Shown one piece after another: positions 19,271 to 30,000 of a stretch of DNA of 53,373 nucleotides. Positions within the stretch are counted from its first letter, which is position 1, and the number at the start of each line of letters is the position of its first letter. A model generated the notes under the pieces. That model did not search any database. It was not told the origin of the DNA and was given only the letters and a program-made list of their open reading frames with translations. Position numbers and translations under genes: made by a program. This DNA is from Polyangiales bacterium (lineage in GTDB: Bacteria; Myxococcota_A; Polyangia; Polyangiales; Ga0077539): the NCBI GenBank assembly GCA_044229975.1, contig JBGARZ010000030.1, positions 1-53,373 of the forward strand. The letters run 5' to 3'.

Positions 19271-20574
19271 TGGCGATCGAACCGGTGTTCGGTTGGGTGG
19301 CGACGGATGCAGCGGCTGTCGCGTCCATCCGCAAGGCGCTCGAGTCGACGGAGCAGGGCGTCGTCGATGAGCTCGGCGTGGGCGTGCTCCACACCGGCTA
19401 CGCAGACCGCTTCTTCCCCGGTACGTCGGTGTTGCTCACGCGGGCGAGGTACGCCTTCTTCGTGCCCTGGACCTTTCTGATCCTCGCAGAAGCGCGGGTG
19501 AACCGCGATCGGTTCCCCACCCGCAAGCTCCAGCTCGAACTTCGACTGACCGAGCGCTTGAGAGCGATCTACGAGAACGCGACGGGCGCGGAGGGAAACG
19601 GGATCATTGGCGTGCGGGTGTATCCCGAGCCTCCTGCCCAACCCCCCGATTTCGCGTGGTGGTCGGCGCTTGACGCCTGGGGGATGTACCGGGGCCGGTC
19701 GCGAGCCGGACTGCTGAGCCGCTGGGACCCAAAGGGCGTGCGCCGCGCGGCGGACCTGCGACCGCTGCGCGAGGAGGAGATCGAGGAAGACCATCTCGCT
19801 TCGTTCTCTGTGCCTCCTCCGCCCAGGGATTGGCCCGACGGGATGACGGACGGGTTCGACCTGTCCGCGCCTGAGGCTGAGTGGCTACGAGCGCGGTGGG
19901 AGAGACTCCCCAAGCCATCGCTCCTTGGCGCGTGCGCCTCGCTCATGAAGCAGTCCCGACGCCCGAAGCGCCGGCAGCTTTGGGACGATCCCCTGGTGCG
20001 AGACGCCGCGACGCTCGCCGACGCGGATCCGCGCCCGAAGCCCCTTGGGTTCGTGAGAGCGATCGAGCATGCGAGGCGTGCGTCGGCAGCGGCGGAGATC
20101 GTGCGCGCGACCTATGGCGCCTTCGTCGAGGTCGAGTGGGAGCGGGACCAGCGCCACAACTCCACGGATCAACCGGAGCCGCTCGGCCACATCGAGCACC
20201 TCGGAACCTGCTGGGAAGATCCGCAGGGTCTGCGCGACCTGTTGTTGGAGCTCAACGTCGATGACCTCCTCGTGGACATTCCCGAGATGCGTCGAGGCCG
20301 TCGGCGGGTCGACGAACTCCTGCGAGAGTTTCAACGGGCCTGGCGCGCGGCGCGATCGGCGGAGGACATTCTGGGTGACCGCAGACTCCGGAGCGTCTGC
20401 GAACAGGTCGAGCTCAGCCGGAAGGGATCGCGAGCGCAGTTGCCCCGGGTCTCAGGTCGCGCGCGCCGGGCAGTCGCCGGCGGGTCGATTGGAGCGGTCA
20501 CGGGCATCGATTTCCGGTGGGCGGTGACCCGTCGACTCCTGACCGACGTATGCGACGGCCTTGCCCGTGGCTGA
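19270..20574 (+). CDS. DUF6361-like protein (434 aa), first gene of the embedded trio
   Basis: GVVDELGVG..ADRFFPGTS..TRARY..FVPW N-terminal signature; TGATG overlap with the drmMI stop. Confidence 0.75.
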   Translation: MAIEPVFGWVATDAAAVASIRKALESTEQGVVDELGVGVLHTGYADRFFPGTSVLLTRARYAFFVPWTFLILAEARVNRDRFPTRKLQLELRLTERLRAIYENATGAEGNGIIGVRVYPEPPAQPPDFAWWSALDAWGMYRGRSRAGLLSRWDPKGVRRAADLRPLREEEIEEDHLASFSVPPPPRDWPDGMTDGFDLSAPEAEWLRARWERLPKPSLLGACASLMKQSRRPKRRQLWDDPLVRDAATLADADPRPKPLGFVRAIEHARRASAAAEIVRATYGAFVEVEWERDQRHNSTDQPEPLGHIEHLGTCWEDPQGLRDLLLELNVDDLLVDIPEMRRGRRRVDELLREFQRAWRAARSAEDILGDRRLRSVCEQVELSRKGSRAQLPRVSGRARRAVAGGSIGAVTGIDFRWAVTRRLLTDVCDGLARG

Positions 20575-22459
20575 TGCGGACAAGGCTCAAGTTGCGGCGC
20601 TTCCGGGCCTCCCGGTGCTCGACGCACTGCGACCGCCCGAGGGGTTCGTCACGGACGTCGCGCTGGCGACGACCTATTCGCTGGAGTTGCCCGTCGCGCT
20701 TGCGACGATGGTGGCCCTGTCGGGGACCGCGCACGAGACTTCGGACTACGGCCTGCACAGCGCGGTGCGCTCCCTCCAGACCTTGTCTGGTCGCGTGCGA
20801 ATCCTCGCTCAGCAAGGGCGCATCGCGGCGCCATCGCCGGAGCGTCGGCAGCTCGTGCACCTGCTCGATCGTGTCGTGGTCGCCATCGCGCGCGACGAGC
20901 GGGTAGGTTGCTTCCACCCGAAAACCTGGGTGGTGCGTTGGCGGAGTGAGGCGGCTGATACTCCCGCGCGCTGGGCTCTGGTGGTGAGTTCGCGAAACCT
21001 CACCTCGTCCCAGGACTGGGACCTTGGCGTCGTGCTGACGGGGGTCGAGGGCGGCGAGGGCATCCTTCTGCCAACGCTGCAGCCCTACGTGCGTTGGCTC
21101 CTGAGCCAGACGGGGGAGCCCTCGTTTGGGGGCGACGTGTGGAATCGACTCTCGTCGGTCCGGTGGAAGGGGCCGTGCTCCGAGCTCGCGTTCGGGTTCC
21201 ATGGCGATCGTCCCATCGCCTGGAAGGACGGCGCGCTCGCGAGGCTCGGGAATGAGGTTGCTCGGCGGGTGCTGATCGTGTCGCCCTTCCTGGACGTCGA
21301 AGCACTTCGGGAGGCCGAAACGCGCCTGACCGTGGCGAAGCCGCTGGAGGGGTCCCCGCGCCGCTTGATCGCGGGTCACACGGACCTCGAAGATCTCGCG
21401 CGACAACCCGCGGGGCGGTCTCTGCTTGCGAGCCTCGGGGACGTACGGAGCCTCGCACCCTCGTGTGAAGGCGTGTCTGTCAGCGACGAAGCATCGACGA
21501 CGGGCCGCGGGGTTGACGAGGTGCACGCGACGGAGGTCGGACTCCACGCGAAAGCAATCGCGGTGTGGCACGTCAAGAACGACGTCTCGGTACTCGTTGG
21601 CAGTGCCAACCTCTCACGGCGGGGTTGGACAGGAGTCAACGCCGAGGCGTGGGTTCGCATGCGCGGCCGAGGGATCGCCGACGCCCTGTGGGCCTGGAGC
21701 GAGAAGGCGGTGACGTTCCACTACGAATCGGTTGAGGCCCCGTCGAGCGAGGAGAACTCACGTCGCACGTTGGAGCGCTCCCTCGACGCCTACTGCGCGG
21801 AGGTCTCGTTGACGCAGATGGCACTCGACGACGCCGCGGATGGCGCTCTGCGCGCGGGGGCGCCGTTGCCGCGCCCTCCGCGAGGCTTGGAGCCGCTCGT
21901 CTCCGTAGGTCGCCTCGGAGCCTCTCACGCGCTTATCGTGTGGCCCCCGGGGAGCTCGGAGACCCGGCTCGGAGCGGTACGCGATGCGGAACGCACCCAG
22001 TTTGTCGTGGTGCATGTCCGTGCGGCCGGGGTCGTCGACGCGATCGAGCGCACCTGGGTCCAGCTGGTGTCGGTCACGCCTCCGATCGACGGGCGGCGCG
22101 ACGGCGAGGCGATCGCGGAAGCACTCGGACCGCGCGGGTTCATGGCGTACCTGAACTCCCTGCTCGATCCAACGGGCGACGAGCGCCATGGCGATCGCGA
22201 GGACGGTCTCGACGCGGTGGGGCGATCGGGCCGACGCGGCGAGTGGGAGATGGCCAACGAGCTGTCGCTGGAGACGCTGCTCCGTACATTCGCCCGATAC
22301 GACAGCGTCCGCATCGAGGTCGTGAGGGCCCAGATATCCCGGGCGATCGAGATGTACCGAGGGGTGGCCGGCGCGCGCGACGACGGGGCGCTGAGCCAAC
22401 TCTGGGAAGCGTGGGAGGCCATCGAGCAGGGCTTCGGGCGTCAGGGGGTGGCGCCATGA
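20567..22459 (+). CDS. Phospholipase D-superfamily protein with two HxK motifs, probable nuclease (~630 aa)
   Basis: LRPPEG..ATTYSL, FHPKTW..SSRNLT and LHAKA..GSANLS; overlaps the upstream stop and has ATGA coupling to the helicase. Confidence 0.82.
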   Translation: MADADKAQVAALPGLPVLDALRPPEGFVTDVALATTYSLELPVALATMVALSGTAHETSDYGLHSAVRSLQTLSGRVRILAQQGRIAAPSPERRQLVHLLDRVVVAIARDERVGCFHPKTWVVRWRSEAADTPARWALVVSSRNLTSSQDWDLGVVLTGVEGGEGILLPTLQPYVRWLLSQTGEPSFGGDVWNRLSSVRWKGPCSELAFGFHGDRPIAWKDGALARLGNEVARRVLIVSPFLDVEALREAETRLTVAKPLEGSPRRLIAGHTDLEDLARQPAGRSLLASLGDVRSLAPSCEGVSVSDEASTTGRGVDEVHATEVGLHAKAIAVWHVKNDVSVLVGSANLSRRGWTGVNAEAWVRMRGRGIADALWAWSEKAVTFHYESVEAPSSEENSRRTLERSLDAYCAEVSLTQMALDDAADGALRAGAPLPRPPRGLEPLVSVGRLGASHALIVWPPGSSETRLGAVRDAERTQFVVVHVRAAGVVDAIERTWVQLVSVTPPIDGRRDGEAIAEALGPRGFMAYLNSLLDPTGDERHGDREDGLDAVGRSGRRGEWEMANELSLETLLRTFARYDSVRIEVVRAQISRAIEMYRGVAGARDDGALSQLWEAWEAIEQGFGRQGVAP

Positions 22460-25400
22460 GAACGGCGTTTCAGTCCGCGACGGTGCGCTGGGCCACCGAA
22501 CGCCTGATCGACCCGCGAGGCACCGGTCGGGTGCTGGTCGCCGATGAGGTAGGGCTTGGCAAGACCTTCGTCGCGCAGGGTGTCATCGACGAGCTCTCGC
22601 AGCGGCACAAGGGCCCCGACCCCTTCCGCGTGTTCTATGTCTGCTCGAGCCTCTCGATCGCAACGCAGAACGAGGAGCGCATCCGTGACGTGCTGCCAAA
22701 GGGCGAGCGGGAGAGCGCACGCGTCGAGGGAACCAGTCGATTGAGCATGATGCTCGAGGCGGAGATCCCGTCGCCCGCCGCGCGCTTCCTGTTGTACACG
22801 CTCACCCCGAACACGTCGTTTCGGCAGGGTACGGGCCTCGCAGACGAGCGTTTGAAGCTCGCACGCTGCGTCTGGGCGCAGTTCGGCTACACCGCCCTTG
22901 ACTGGTTTCACGATGCATTTCAGGTCGGCGTGGGGAGCATCCGGTGGCGGCATCTGTGGGACGACATGGCGATCCCGTCGTGGTTCACGGTTGCGCTGAG
23001 CAAACGCTTTGAATCGAACGTCCGGGTGGGGTTTCCGCGGGGGACCACGTTCGGCACGGACGCACTGGCGGAACGGGTCAAACGTGCGCTTCAAGACGGA
23101 GCTCGGTGCAGAGAAGCGGTTGCGTCTCTTCGCGCGGCGTTGATTCTCACGGTCGTCGACCAGCTCCGACCCGACCTCATCGTCTTCGACGAGTTCCAGC
23201 GATTCTTCGAGGTGCTTCCGGTCGATGCCGAGCCGGACGAGGCCGCTCGTGAACACGACGATGACAACGAGCAAGCCCGTGAGGTCGTGGCCGCACTGCT
23301 GCGTCAGTCGGCCTGCGTCGGCGAACGGGCACGGGTTCTCATGCTCTCGGCCACGCCGTACCGCATGTACGCGAGGGCGCAGGAGACCCAGCAGCATCAC
23401 GAAGAGTTCTACGCGCTCGTTCGCTTCCTCTTCGCGGAGCGGGGCGTCGAGACCACGCAGGTTCTGCGCGCCGAGTTCGCACGATACCGCGAGCTGCTCG
23501 AACGCGAGCTGGTGGGAAGCCCGGCGGTCCTCCGTGTGAAGCGCACCATCGAGAAGCTCCTGGGCACCGTGATGGCACGCACAGAGCGCGCGGGACTACT
23601 GGGCGGCAGGCATTCGCCGTCGAACATCGAAGCGTGCCCGGTGAAGCTCGGCCCCGACGAGGTGAAAGTCTTCCGGCACCTCATCGAGTCCTGCGGCGGT
23701 CGGCACCGGGGCGCCGCGGAGGCGTTCTGGTCTTCGGTCCCGCTACCATTGCAGATGATGCGGGCCAAGGACTACGCCTTCCGCCGGGCAGCTGAACCCG
23801 CGCGTGTCCCGCGGGACGGGTCCGTGCCCAGCCTCGGCACCGCCTCCCTCCGATCGTATCGCGCGTTCGAGAACCGTTCGTATCCGCACGCGAGATTGCG
23901 TGGATTGCTCCACGTTCTCCCCGCAGAAATCCTTGAACTTCCGTGGCTCCCGCCTTCGCTTCCGTGGTGGCCGCTGGAGGCGCCGTTTCTCCCGCCTGAG
24001 GCGCACGGCCGTTGGTCCAAGGCGTTGGTGTTCTCTCGCTTTCGCGCGGTGCCCCGATCGCTCGCGACTCTCCTCAGCTACGAGGCCGAGCGCGGTGCCA
24101 TCGAGCCCTCGATGCGGCGACGAGGTCGACGTCGATTCGACTGGTCGTCCCGTGGCACGCATGAAGTTCGAGCAGGCGAACCGCGCAACCGTCCCCCGAC
24201 CCTGAGACCACTGCCGAGCCCATCGTTCGCGACGGCGCACGGCCGAGGGTGGTGCACACCGATCGTGATGTTTCTCCCGTGGCCGACGCTGGCGAACGTC
24301 GTTGACCCTCTTGCTCTGGCCGTTCGATGTCGGGGGAAGCTCACACGCGACGCCGCTCTTGCTGCCGCGCGGAGCAGATTGGTAGCGCTCCTCGGACGCG
24401 ATCCGGACAGACGGACACATGTCCCGGTCTGGAAGTGGATCGTGCGACTCGAACGCCGTCTCGGCGGCGATGACGGGCGAGACCTCGAGCGTGCGCTCTG
24501 CAAATGGCGCGAGCTCGGCGCGAGCTCGGCCCTGTTTGAACTCACTGACGACGAGGCGTCGAACCCGACGGATGGCGAGCTCGACGAGCTTGCAGACATC
24601 GCCGTGTCGGGCCCCGGACCGATGCTGTGGCGTGTTGTGCGTCGTGTGTTCGGCCCGGGCGGAGAGAGCATCGAAGAGCGCGACGAGCGGATGGTCGCTG
24701 TCCTGGCGGCGGCGAACGCGCTTCGCGGGTACCTCGATGTCCCCGAGTGGCACGTCTCCTTCGTGGAGCACCTCGGACGCGCTGGCCGCCTCGCCGAGGG
24801 CGTGCGGATGGCAGCCTGGCGAGGCAACCTCGAAGCTGTGCTCGACGAGTTTCTCGCAACTGAACAGGGCATGGGCACAACCAGACCCAACACCGAGCGA
24901 GAGGCGGCTTCACTCAAGTCCCTGCGCAACGTCCTCGCACTCCGCGAGACCCGTCTCGAGGTCGAGCGTGTCGGTGGAGTTGGCAGGCCGCTGAGGTTGC
25001 GCTGTCACGCCGCCGTTGCCTACGGGCTGGGCTCCTCTGGTGAGGAACCCGACGCACCGCGCGCGGATCAGGTCAGGGCGGCGTTCAACTCACCCTTCCG
25101 CCCGATGGTGCTGATCACGACGTCGGTCGGACAGGAAGGGCTCGATTTTCACCGCTGGTCGCGCCACCTGATTCACTGGGACCTACCCGGCAACCCGGTC
25201 GACCTCGAGCAGCGTGACGGACGGCTCCGGCGTCACGGAGGGTTGGCCGTGCGCTCCGCTTTGGGTGAGCGCGTGCAGGTTCACGAGATCGACCCTGAGC
25301 GCAGCCCCTGGCATGTCGTCTCCGAGCGCCACCCGCCGTCACCGGAGGGGCTTGGCCTGGAGCCCTGGTGGCACTGCGACGGCGCGACCGTGCGCCGCAC

Positions 25401-25608
25401 GCTGATTCTCACCTCCTTCTCCGATCAGCGGGAGCGTTGTCGGCGCCTCCAGAACGAGCTCGACCTGTATCGACTCGCCATGGGCCAGCCCGACCAGGAG
25501 GAACTCCTCGCACGACTTGAACAACGTCTGATCGGCGCGGATCCCGAGACACGCCAGGAGGTTCGCGTGTGGCTGCGGAGCGCCACGATCGACCTGCGAC
25601 CTCGGTGA
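22456..25608 (+). CDS. SF2 helicase (1050 aa), third gene of the embedded Azaca-like trio
   Basis: LVADEVGLGKT, IVFDEFQRF, MLSATPY, AFNSPFRPMVLITTSVGQEGLDFH, WDLPGNPVDLEQRDGR; start ATG overlaps the PLD stop. Confidence 0.88.
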   Translation: MRTAFQSATVRWATERLIDPRGTGRVLVADEVGLGKTFVAQGVIDELSQRHKGPDPFRVFYVCSSLSIATQNEERIRDVLPKGERESARVEGTSRLSMMLEAEIPSPAARFLLYTLTPNTSFRQGTGLADERLKLARCVWAQFGYTALDWFHDAFQVGVGSIRWRHLWDDMAIPSWFTVALSKRFESNVRVGFPRGTTFGTDALAERVKRALQDGARCREAVASLRAALILTVVDQLRPDLIVFDEFQRFFEVLPVDAEPDEAAREHDDDNEQAREVVAALLRQSACVGERARVLMLSATPYRMYARAQETQQHHEEFYALVRFLFAERGVETTQVLRAEFARYRELLERELVGSPAVLRVKRTIEKLLGTVMARTERAGLLGGRHSPSNIEACPVKLGPDEVKVFRHLIESCGGRHRGAAEAFWSSVPLPLQMMRAKDYAFRRAAEPARVPRDGSVPSLGTASLRSYRAFENRSYPHARLRGLLHVLPAEILELPWLPPSLPWWPLEAPFLPPEAHGRWSKALVFSRFRAVPRSLATLLSYEAERGAIEPSMRRRGRRRFDWSSRGTHEVRAGEPRNRPPTLRPLPSPSFATAHGRGWCTPIVMFLPWPTLANVVDPLALAVRCRGKLTRDAALAAARSRLVALLGRDPDRRTHVPVWKWIVRLERRLGGDDGRDLERALCKWRELGASSALFELTDDEASNPTDGELDELADIAVSGPGPMLWRVVRRVFGPGGESIEERDERMVAVLAAANALRGYLDVPEWHVSFVEHLGRAGRLAEGVRMAAWRGNLEAVLDEFLATEQGMGTTRPNTEREAASLKSLRNVLALRETRLEVERVGGVGRPLRLRCHAAVAYGLGSSGEEPDAPRADQVRAAFNSPFRPMVLITTSVGQEGLDFHRWSRHLIHWDLPGNPVDLEQRDGRLRRHGGLAVRSALGERVQVHEIDPERSPWHVVSERHPPSPEGLGLEPWWHCDGATVRRTLILTSFSDQRERCRRLQNELDLYRLAMGQPDQEELLARLEQRLIGADPETRQEVRVWLRSATIDLRPR

Positions 25609-25700
25609 AACAGCGTCTGCGCTGCGACGTTGGGCGCGTACTGTTGGACCCCGCTTCGGCCGCTGTGCGACTACCTGTGCAGTTCCCTCAGGAGCCTTCC

Positions 25701-26951
25701 ATGCCCAACGATTCAGGTCCTCCGTTCGGTCCCATCGAGCTTGATCTCGCGGTCCTGGACGTCGTCAGCCGGATTCACCATCTCGTGCAGACAGCCCGCC
25801 GTCACCCGGATCTACCCGCCGAGGCGGGAGTCAACCTCACCCTCGATGAGTACGAACACCTCCTCGAACTCGCGAGCGGCTCGTCCGACCTCGTCGCCCG
25901 CTCGAACCTCACGACCGGTGACAGCGAGCGCGAGTGCCGAGACGCGCTGGAGACGTTTCGCAACAAGGTGCTCGAAGATCTCGGCGCCCGCGAAGACCTC
26001 GACTACGACACCATGTGCGAGGTGCTCACGAACCTGAAGGAGCGGAGTGACTGGTACGAGCCCTTCGCCCCGCCGACCGTGGGCAAGGCCCTGGTACGCG
26101 CGTGGATCCGCTCCGGCGGTGACCTCACGACCAACGGGCATTGGCACGACGGCGTCTCATGGAGCGCCGTCCCCGAGGGAGAGGGCCGGCAGGTGCTCGA
26201 TGCTGCGGTCGATACCTGCGTGCTCGCGGCGCAGATGAACGATGAGTTGCGACACGGGCTCCGGTTCTGGGTCGAGACCGTGGCACCCGAGGTGATCGGT
26301 GATGCAGCGGAGCGGCTGGAGTGGATGGCGGTGCGCGTCGCGCGTCGATCGAACGAAGGGATGCTTCACGCGAGCAGGGAGTTTCTCCGCGAAGCGACGT
26401 GGGACTGGTACGGCGAGGTCGAGCCGAACGATGTGGCAGGGGCGGTGCGAGCGCTTCGTGCGCTTGAGACGATCGCGCGCTCGAACGTCGACCCGAGCGG
26501 GGAGATGTACGAGGGGCTCCCCGAGGCGTGGGAGAACTTCCCCTGGGCCGATGCACCCGTCGAGGCGTTGGACGCGGTGATGGCCGAGGCGGTGGCCATG
26601 GCGGTCGGCGATGCCGCCAAGGGCAAGGGGCACGGTGACGAACTCGTCCGCTGGGTTGGTGTGGTGGCGCCGAAGAGGTTCCCCGACCTGGCGGAGCGGT
26701 TGCTGTGGTTCGCGGCCTCCGTGGGCAAGCTCGCTGGCGATGCTCCCCCGTTCTCATCGTCGCTCAACGAGACGCTCACTGAGCTGGTGTGCGACTGGCT
26801 CCAAGAGTTGGAGAAGGGATCGATTGAGGACATCGCCGTCGTGCTGCGCTCCTTCCGACGAACGCCGATGGCGGCCTGCTTGTGGAAGCAGAGCCTGGAG
26901 GAGAGCCTCGACGCGCTCGCCGAAGCATTGAAGTCAGGCGATGGCGACTGA
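25701..26951 (+). CDS. Hypothetical acidic helical protein (416 aa), paralog of 849..2405
   Basis: AGGAG RBS before ATG; high-GC3 codon usage; collinear similarity to the 0.8-2.4 kb ORF. Confidence 0.75.
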   Translation: MPNDSGPPFGPIELDLAVLDVVSRIHHLVQTARRHPDLPAEAGVNLTLDEYEHLLELASGSSDLVARSNLTTGDSERECRDALETFRNKVLEDLGAREDLDYDTMCEVLTNLKERSDWYEPFAPPTVGKALVRAWIRSGGDLTTNGHWHDGVSWSAVPEGEGRQVLDAAVDTCVLAAQMNDELRHGLRFWVETVAPEVIGDAAERLEWMAVRVARRSNEGMLHASREFLREATWDWYGEVEPNDVAGAVRALRALETIARSNVDPSGEMYEGLPEAWENFPWADAPVEALDAVMAEAVAMAVGDAAKGKGHGDELVRWVGVVAPKRFPDLAERLLWFAASVGKLAGDAPPFSSSLNETLTELVCDWLQELEKGSIEDIAVVLRSFRRTPMAACLWKQSLEESLDALAEALKSGDGD

Positions 26952-27062
26952 TGGTATCGACGGGTGCCATCGGGTGGTGACGACCGGGCCGTGACGTAAT
27001 CCGTCACAGCTCTGGGAGAAGGCCGACCTTCTCATAGCCCGTGCGGTACCGTGCGGCCCCAC

Positions 27063-30000
27063 ATGCACGCTGCGCCCGTCCGCGACCGGTTGATCCACGC
27101 GCTCCGCCTCGACCTCGTTGGCCCAGACCCGCTCGACCCGCGCGACGTCTCGCTCGCGGCCGAGGTGCTGGAGGTGCCACCGACGCACTGGTACCTCACG
27201 GGGTTCCTGGTGCCTTCTGGTGTCGTGCCCGAGCTCTTCGAGGACCCGACCGCCACCGAGGAGGTCACCTCCGGCGCGAGCGGTTCCGAGGAGGGCGAGG
27301 ACGACGACGGCCCCGCGCGGCGTCCGGTCTTCCCGTCGTCGCTCGGGGTGACGGTGCTCGTGCCCGCCGAGGCGACGACGCTGCACGTCACCGCGCGCTG
27401 GGCGACGTACACACCCGAGGCCGCAGCGCCGAAGCCCGCGGGCGCAACCGAGCCCGTCGAGCGAGGCGGCCTCCCGACGCTGCGATGGACGCGCGAGCCC
27501 TACGAGACGGAGGTCTCGCTCGCCCTCAACGCCGCGGCGCTGCGCAAGGGCGCGGTGCTCCCCGGCTCCGGTGGCGTGATGGTGCGCGGCGTCCTGCGTC
27601 CGCTGCGCGACGACGAGCGCGCGCAGATCCCGGCCAAGACCTGCGTCGTCACGATCTTCCTCGTCAACCAGCGCCCGCCCATCGAGGCCGGGCCCGACCA
27701 GGACCGCGCGGTGATCTTCCAGACCGAGCTCGCGGTGCATTGCAGCGAGGGTTTCGTCCCGCGGCCCAACCGCCGCGGCGCCCACCTCGACGACGACCTC
27801 GACGAGCGCATGGGCGACCTCCAGTACCGCGACGCCTTCGAGTACGCGGTGGGCCACGGTGTGTCGGTGCGCTCCACGGTCCAAGGCACCGGGCCCGACG
27901 TGTTCTGCGACACCGTGCGCACCACGTGGACCCCGTCGGCGCAGGTCGAGCGTGTGATCCCCTCCGAGGTGCTCGGCTGTGAGCTGCGTATGGACGCGCT
28001 CGCCGCGATGGACAGCCCCGCGACGCTCCGCGCGGAGGTCGCCCCGATGGTCCGCCACTACCGCGACTGGATCGCCCAGCAGGGCCAGACCGTGCTCGAC
28101 ACGCCCGCGCGCGGCGACCTCTCGCGCTTTCTGCTGGAGGAGGCCTCCCGCGCCTGCGACCGCATCGAAGCCGGACTCGCGCACACCGAAGACCCGCAGG
28201 TGTTCGATGCCTTTCGCCGCGCCAACCGGGCGATGGCCGACGCCGCGCGGCAGCGCAGCCCACACCGCTACCTCGCGAAGCAGCAGGGCGGCGAAGGAAA
28301 GGTGCCGACCTGGCGACCGTTCCAACTGGCGTTCGTGCTGATGAACGTCGCTGCGCAGGCCGAGCCCACCCACGCCGAGCGCGACGTGGTCGACCTCATC
28401 TTCTTCCCCACGGGCGGCGGCAAGACCGAGGCGTACCTCGGCCTCGCGGCCTTCACGCTCGTGCTGCGGCGTCTGCGCAACCCGGGCGTCGGATCAGCGG
28501 GCGTGGCGGTGCTCATGCGCTACACGCTGCGACTGCTTACGCTCGACCAGCTCGGCCGCGCGGCGACGCTGGTCTGCGCGCTTGAGCTGCAACGGCGCGA
28601 GAGCGAGGCGCTCCTCGGGCCGCAGCGCTTCTCCATCGGGCTGTGGGTCGGCAAGGCCGTGACGCCGCTCCGCTTCGGCACCGACAAGGACCACGACGAC
28701 AGCACCGCCCGCGAGCGCGTGCTTGCGTACAACCGCAACCCCGACGGCGCCCCGAGCCCGCTCCCGCTCGACAAGTGCCCCTGGTGCCGCGAGCCCTTCG
28801 GGCAGGACACCTTCCATCTCGCGCCCAGCATCGCGGCGCCGCGGCAGATGCGCGTGCGGTGTCACGCGCCCGCGTGCGACTTCCGTTGGTCGCGACAGTG
28901 GCACGAGGGGCTCCCGATCGTGACCGTCGACGAGGAGGTTTACCGCGAGCTGCCGTGCTTCCTCATCGCGACGGTCGACAAGTTCGCTGCGCTCCCGTGG
29001 GTCGGTCGCACGGGGCTCCTCCTCGGCCGCAACGCCACGCACCGCCTCCCCGACGGCTTCGCCGGCCCGGCCGATCCGCCCGACGGCGCCACGCCGCTCG
29101 TGACGCCACTGCTGCCACCCGACCTGATCATCCAGGACGAGCTCCACCTGATCAGCGGCCCGCTCGGGACGATGGTGGGGCTCTACGAGACGGCCCTCGA
29201 CGCCCTCTCGACTCGCATCGTTGATGGGAAGGTCGTGCGCCCCAAGATCGTCGCGTCGACCGCCACGGTGCGCAATGCGCAGGCCCAGGTGCGCGCGCTG
29301 TTCGCGCGGAGCGACGTGCGGGTGTTCCCGCCGCCGGGGCCCAACCGGTCGACGTCGTTCTTCGCCGAGACCTTGCCGCTCAAGCATACGAAGCTCGGGC
29401 ACCCGCGCACCTACGTCGGCATCTCTGCGCCCGGGCGGAGCATGAAGGTGCTGCTCCTGCGCTCGTACGTGGCGCTGCTAGGCGCCGCGCAGCGGGCCTA
29501 CGAGGACGACCCCGCGTCGAGCGATCCGTACATGACCCTGGTGGGCTACTTCAACAGCCTGCGCGAGCTCGGGGGCGCCCGGCGGATCGTCGAGGACGAG
29601 GTGCGCAGCAAGGTCGCGCGTGCCGACCGCCGGCGCCGCGCGGTGGGCCGCTCGGGGGACGAGGAGCTCGCCTCGCGCGTGATCTCCTTCGACTGCGTCG
29701 AGCTCACGAGCCGCGAGAGCACGGAGATGATCAAGATCGCCAAGGAACGCCTCGAGATCGCCTTCGGAGCGAAGCCCACGGCCTCGGCGAAGGCAGCGTC
29801 GCCCGCGAAGGGGGCGAAGGCCGCGAAGCAACGGTCGCCAGTCGACGTGGCGCTCGCGAGCAACATGATCTCGGTGGGCCTCGACATCGAGCGTCTCGGG
29901 CTGATGGTGGTGTGCGGACAGCCGAAAACGGCGGCGGAGTACATCCAGGCGTCGAGCCGCGTGGGCCGCGCGGCCGACCGGCCGGGGCTCGTTGTGACGC

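Noticed and set aside
21940..22455. N-terminal extensions in the ORF track (helicase from 21940; also 15194, 25569, 48416, 49450)
   Set aside because: They overlap real upstream genes; internal starts with RBS or stop-start coupling fit better.
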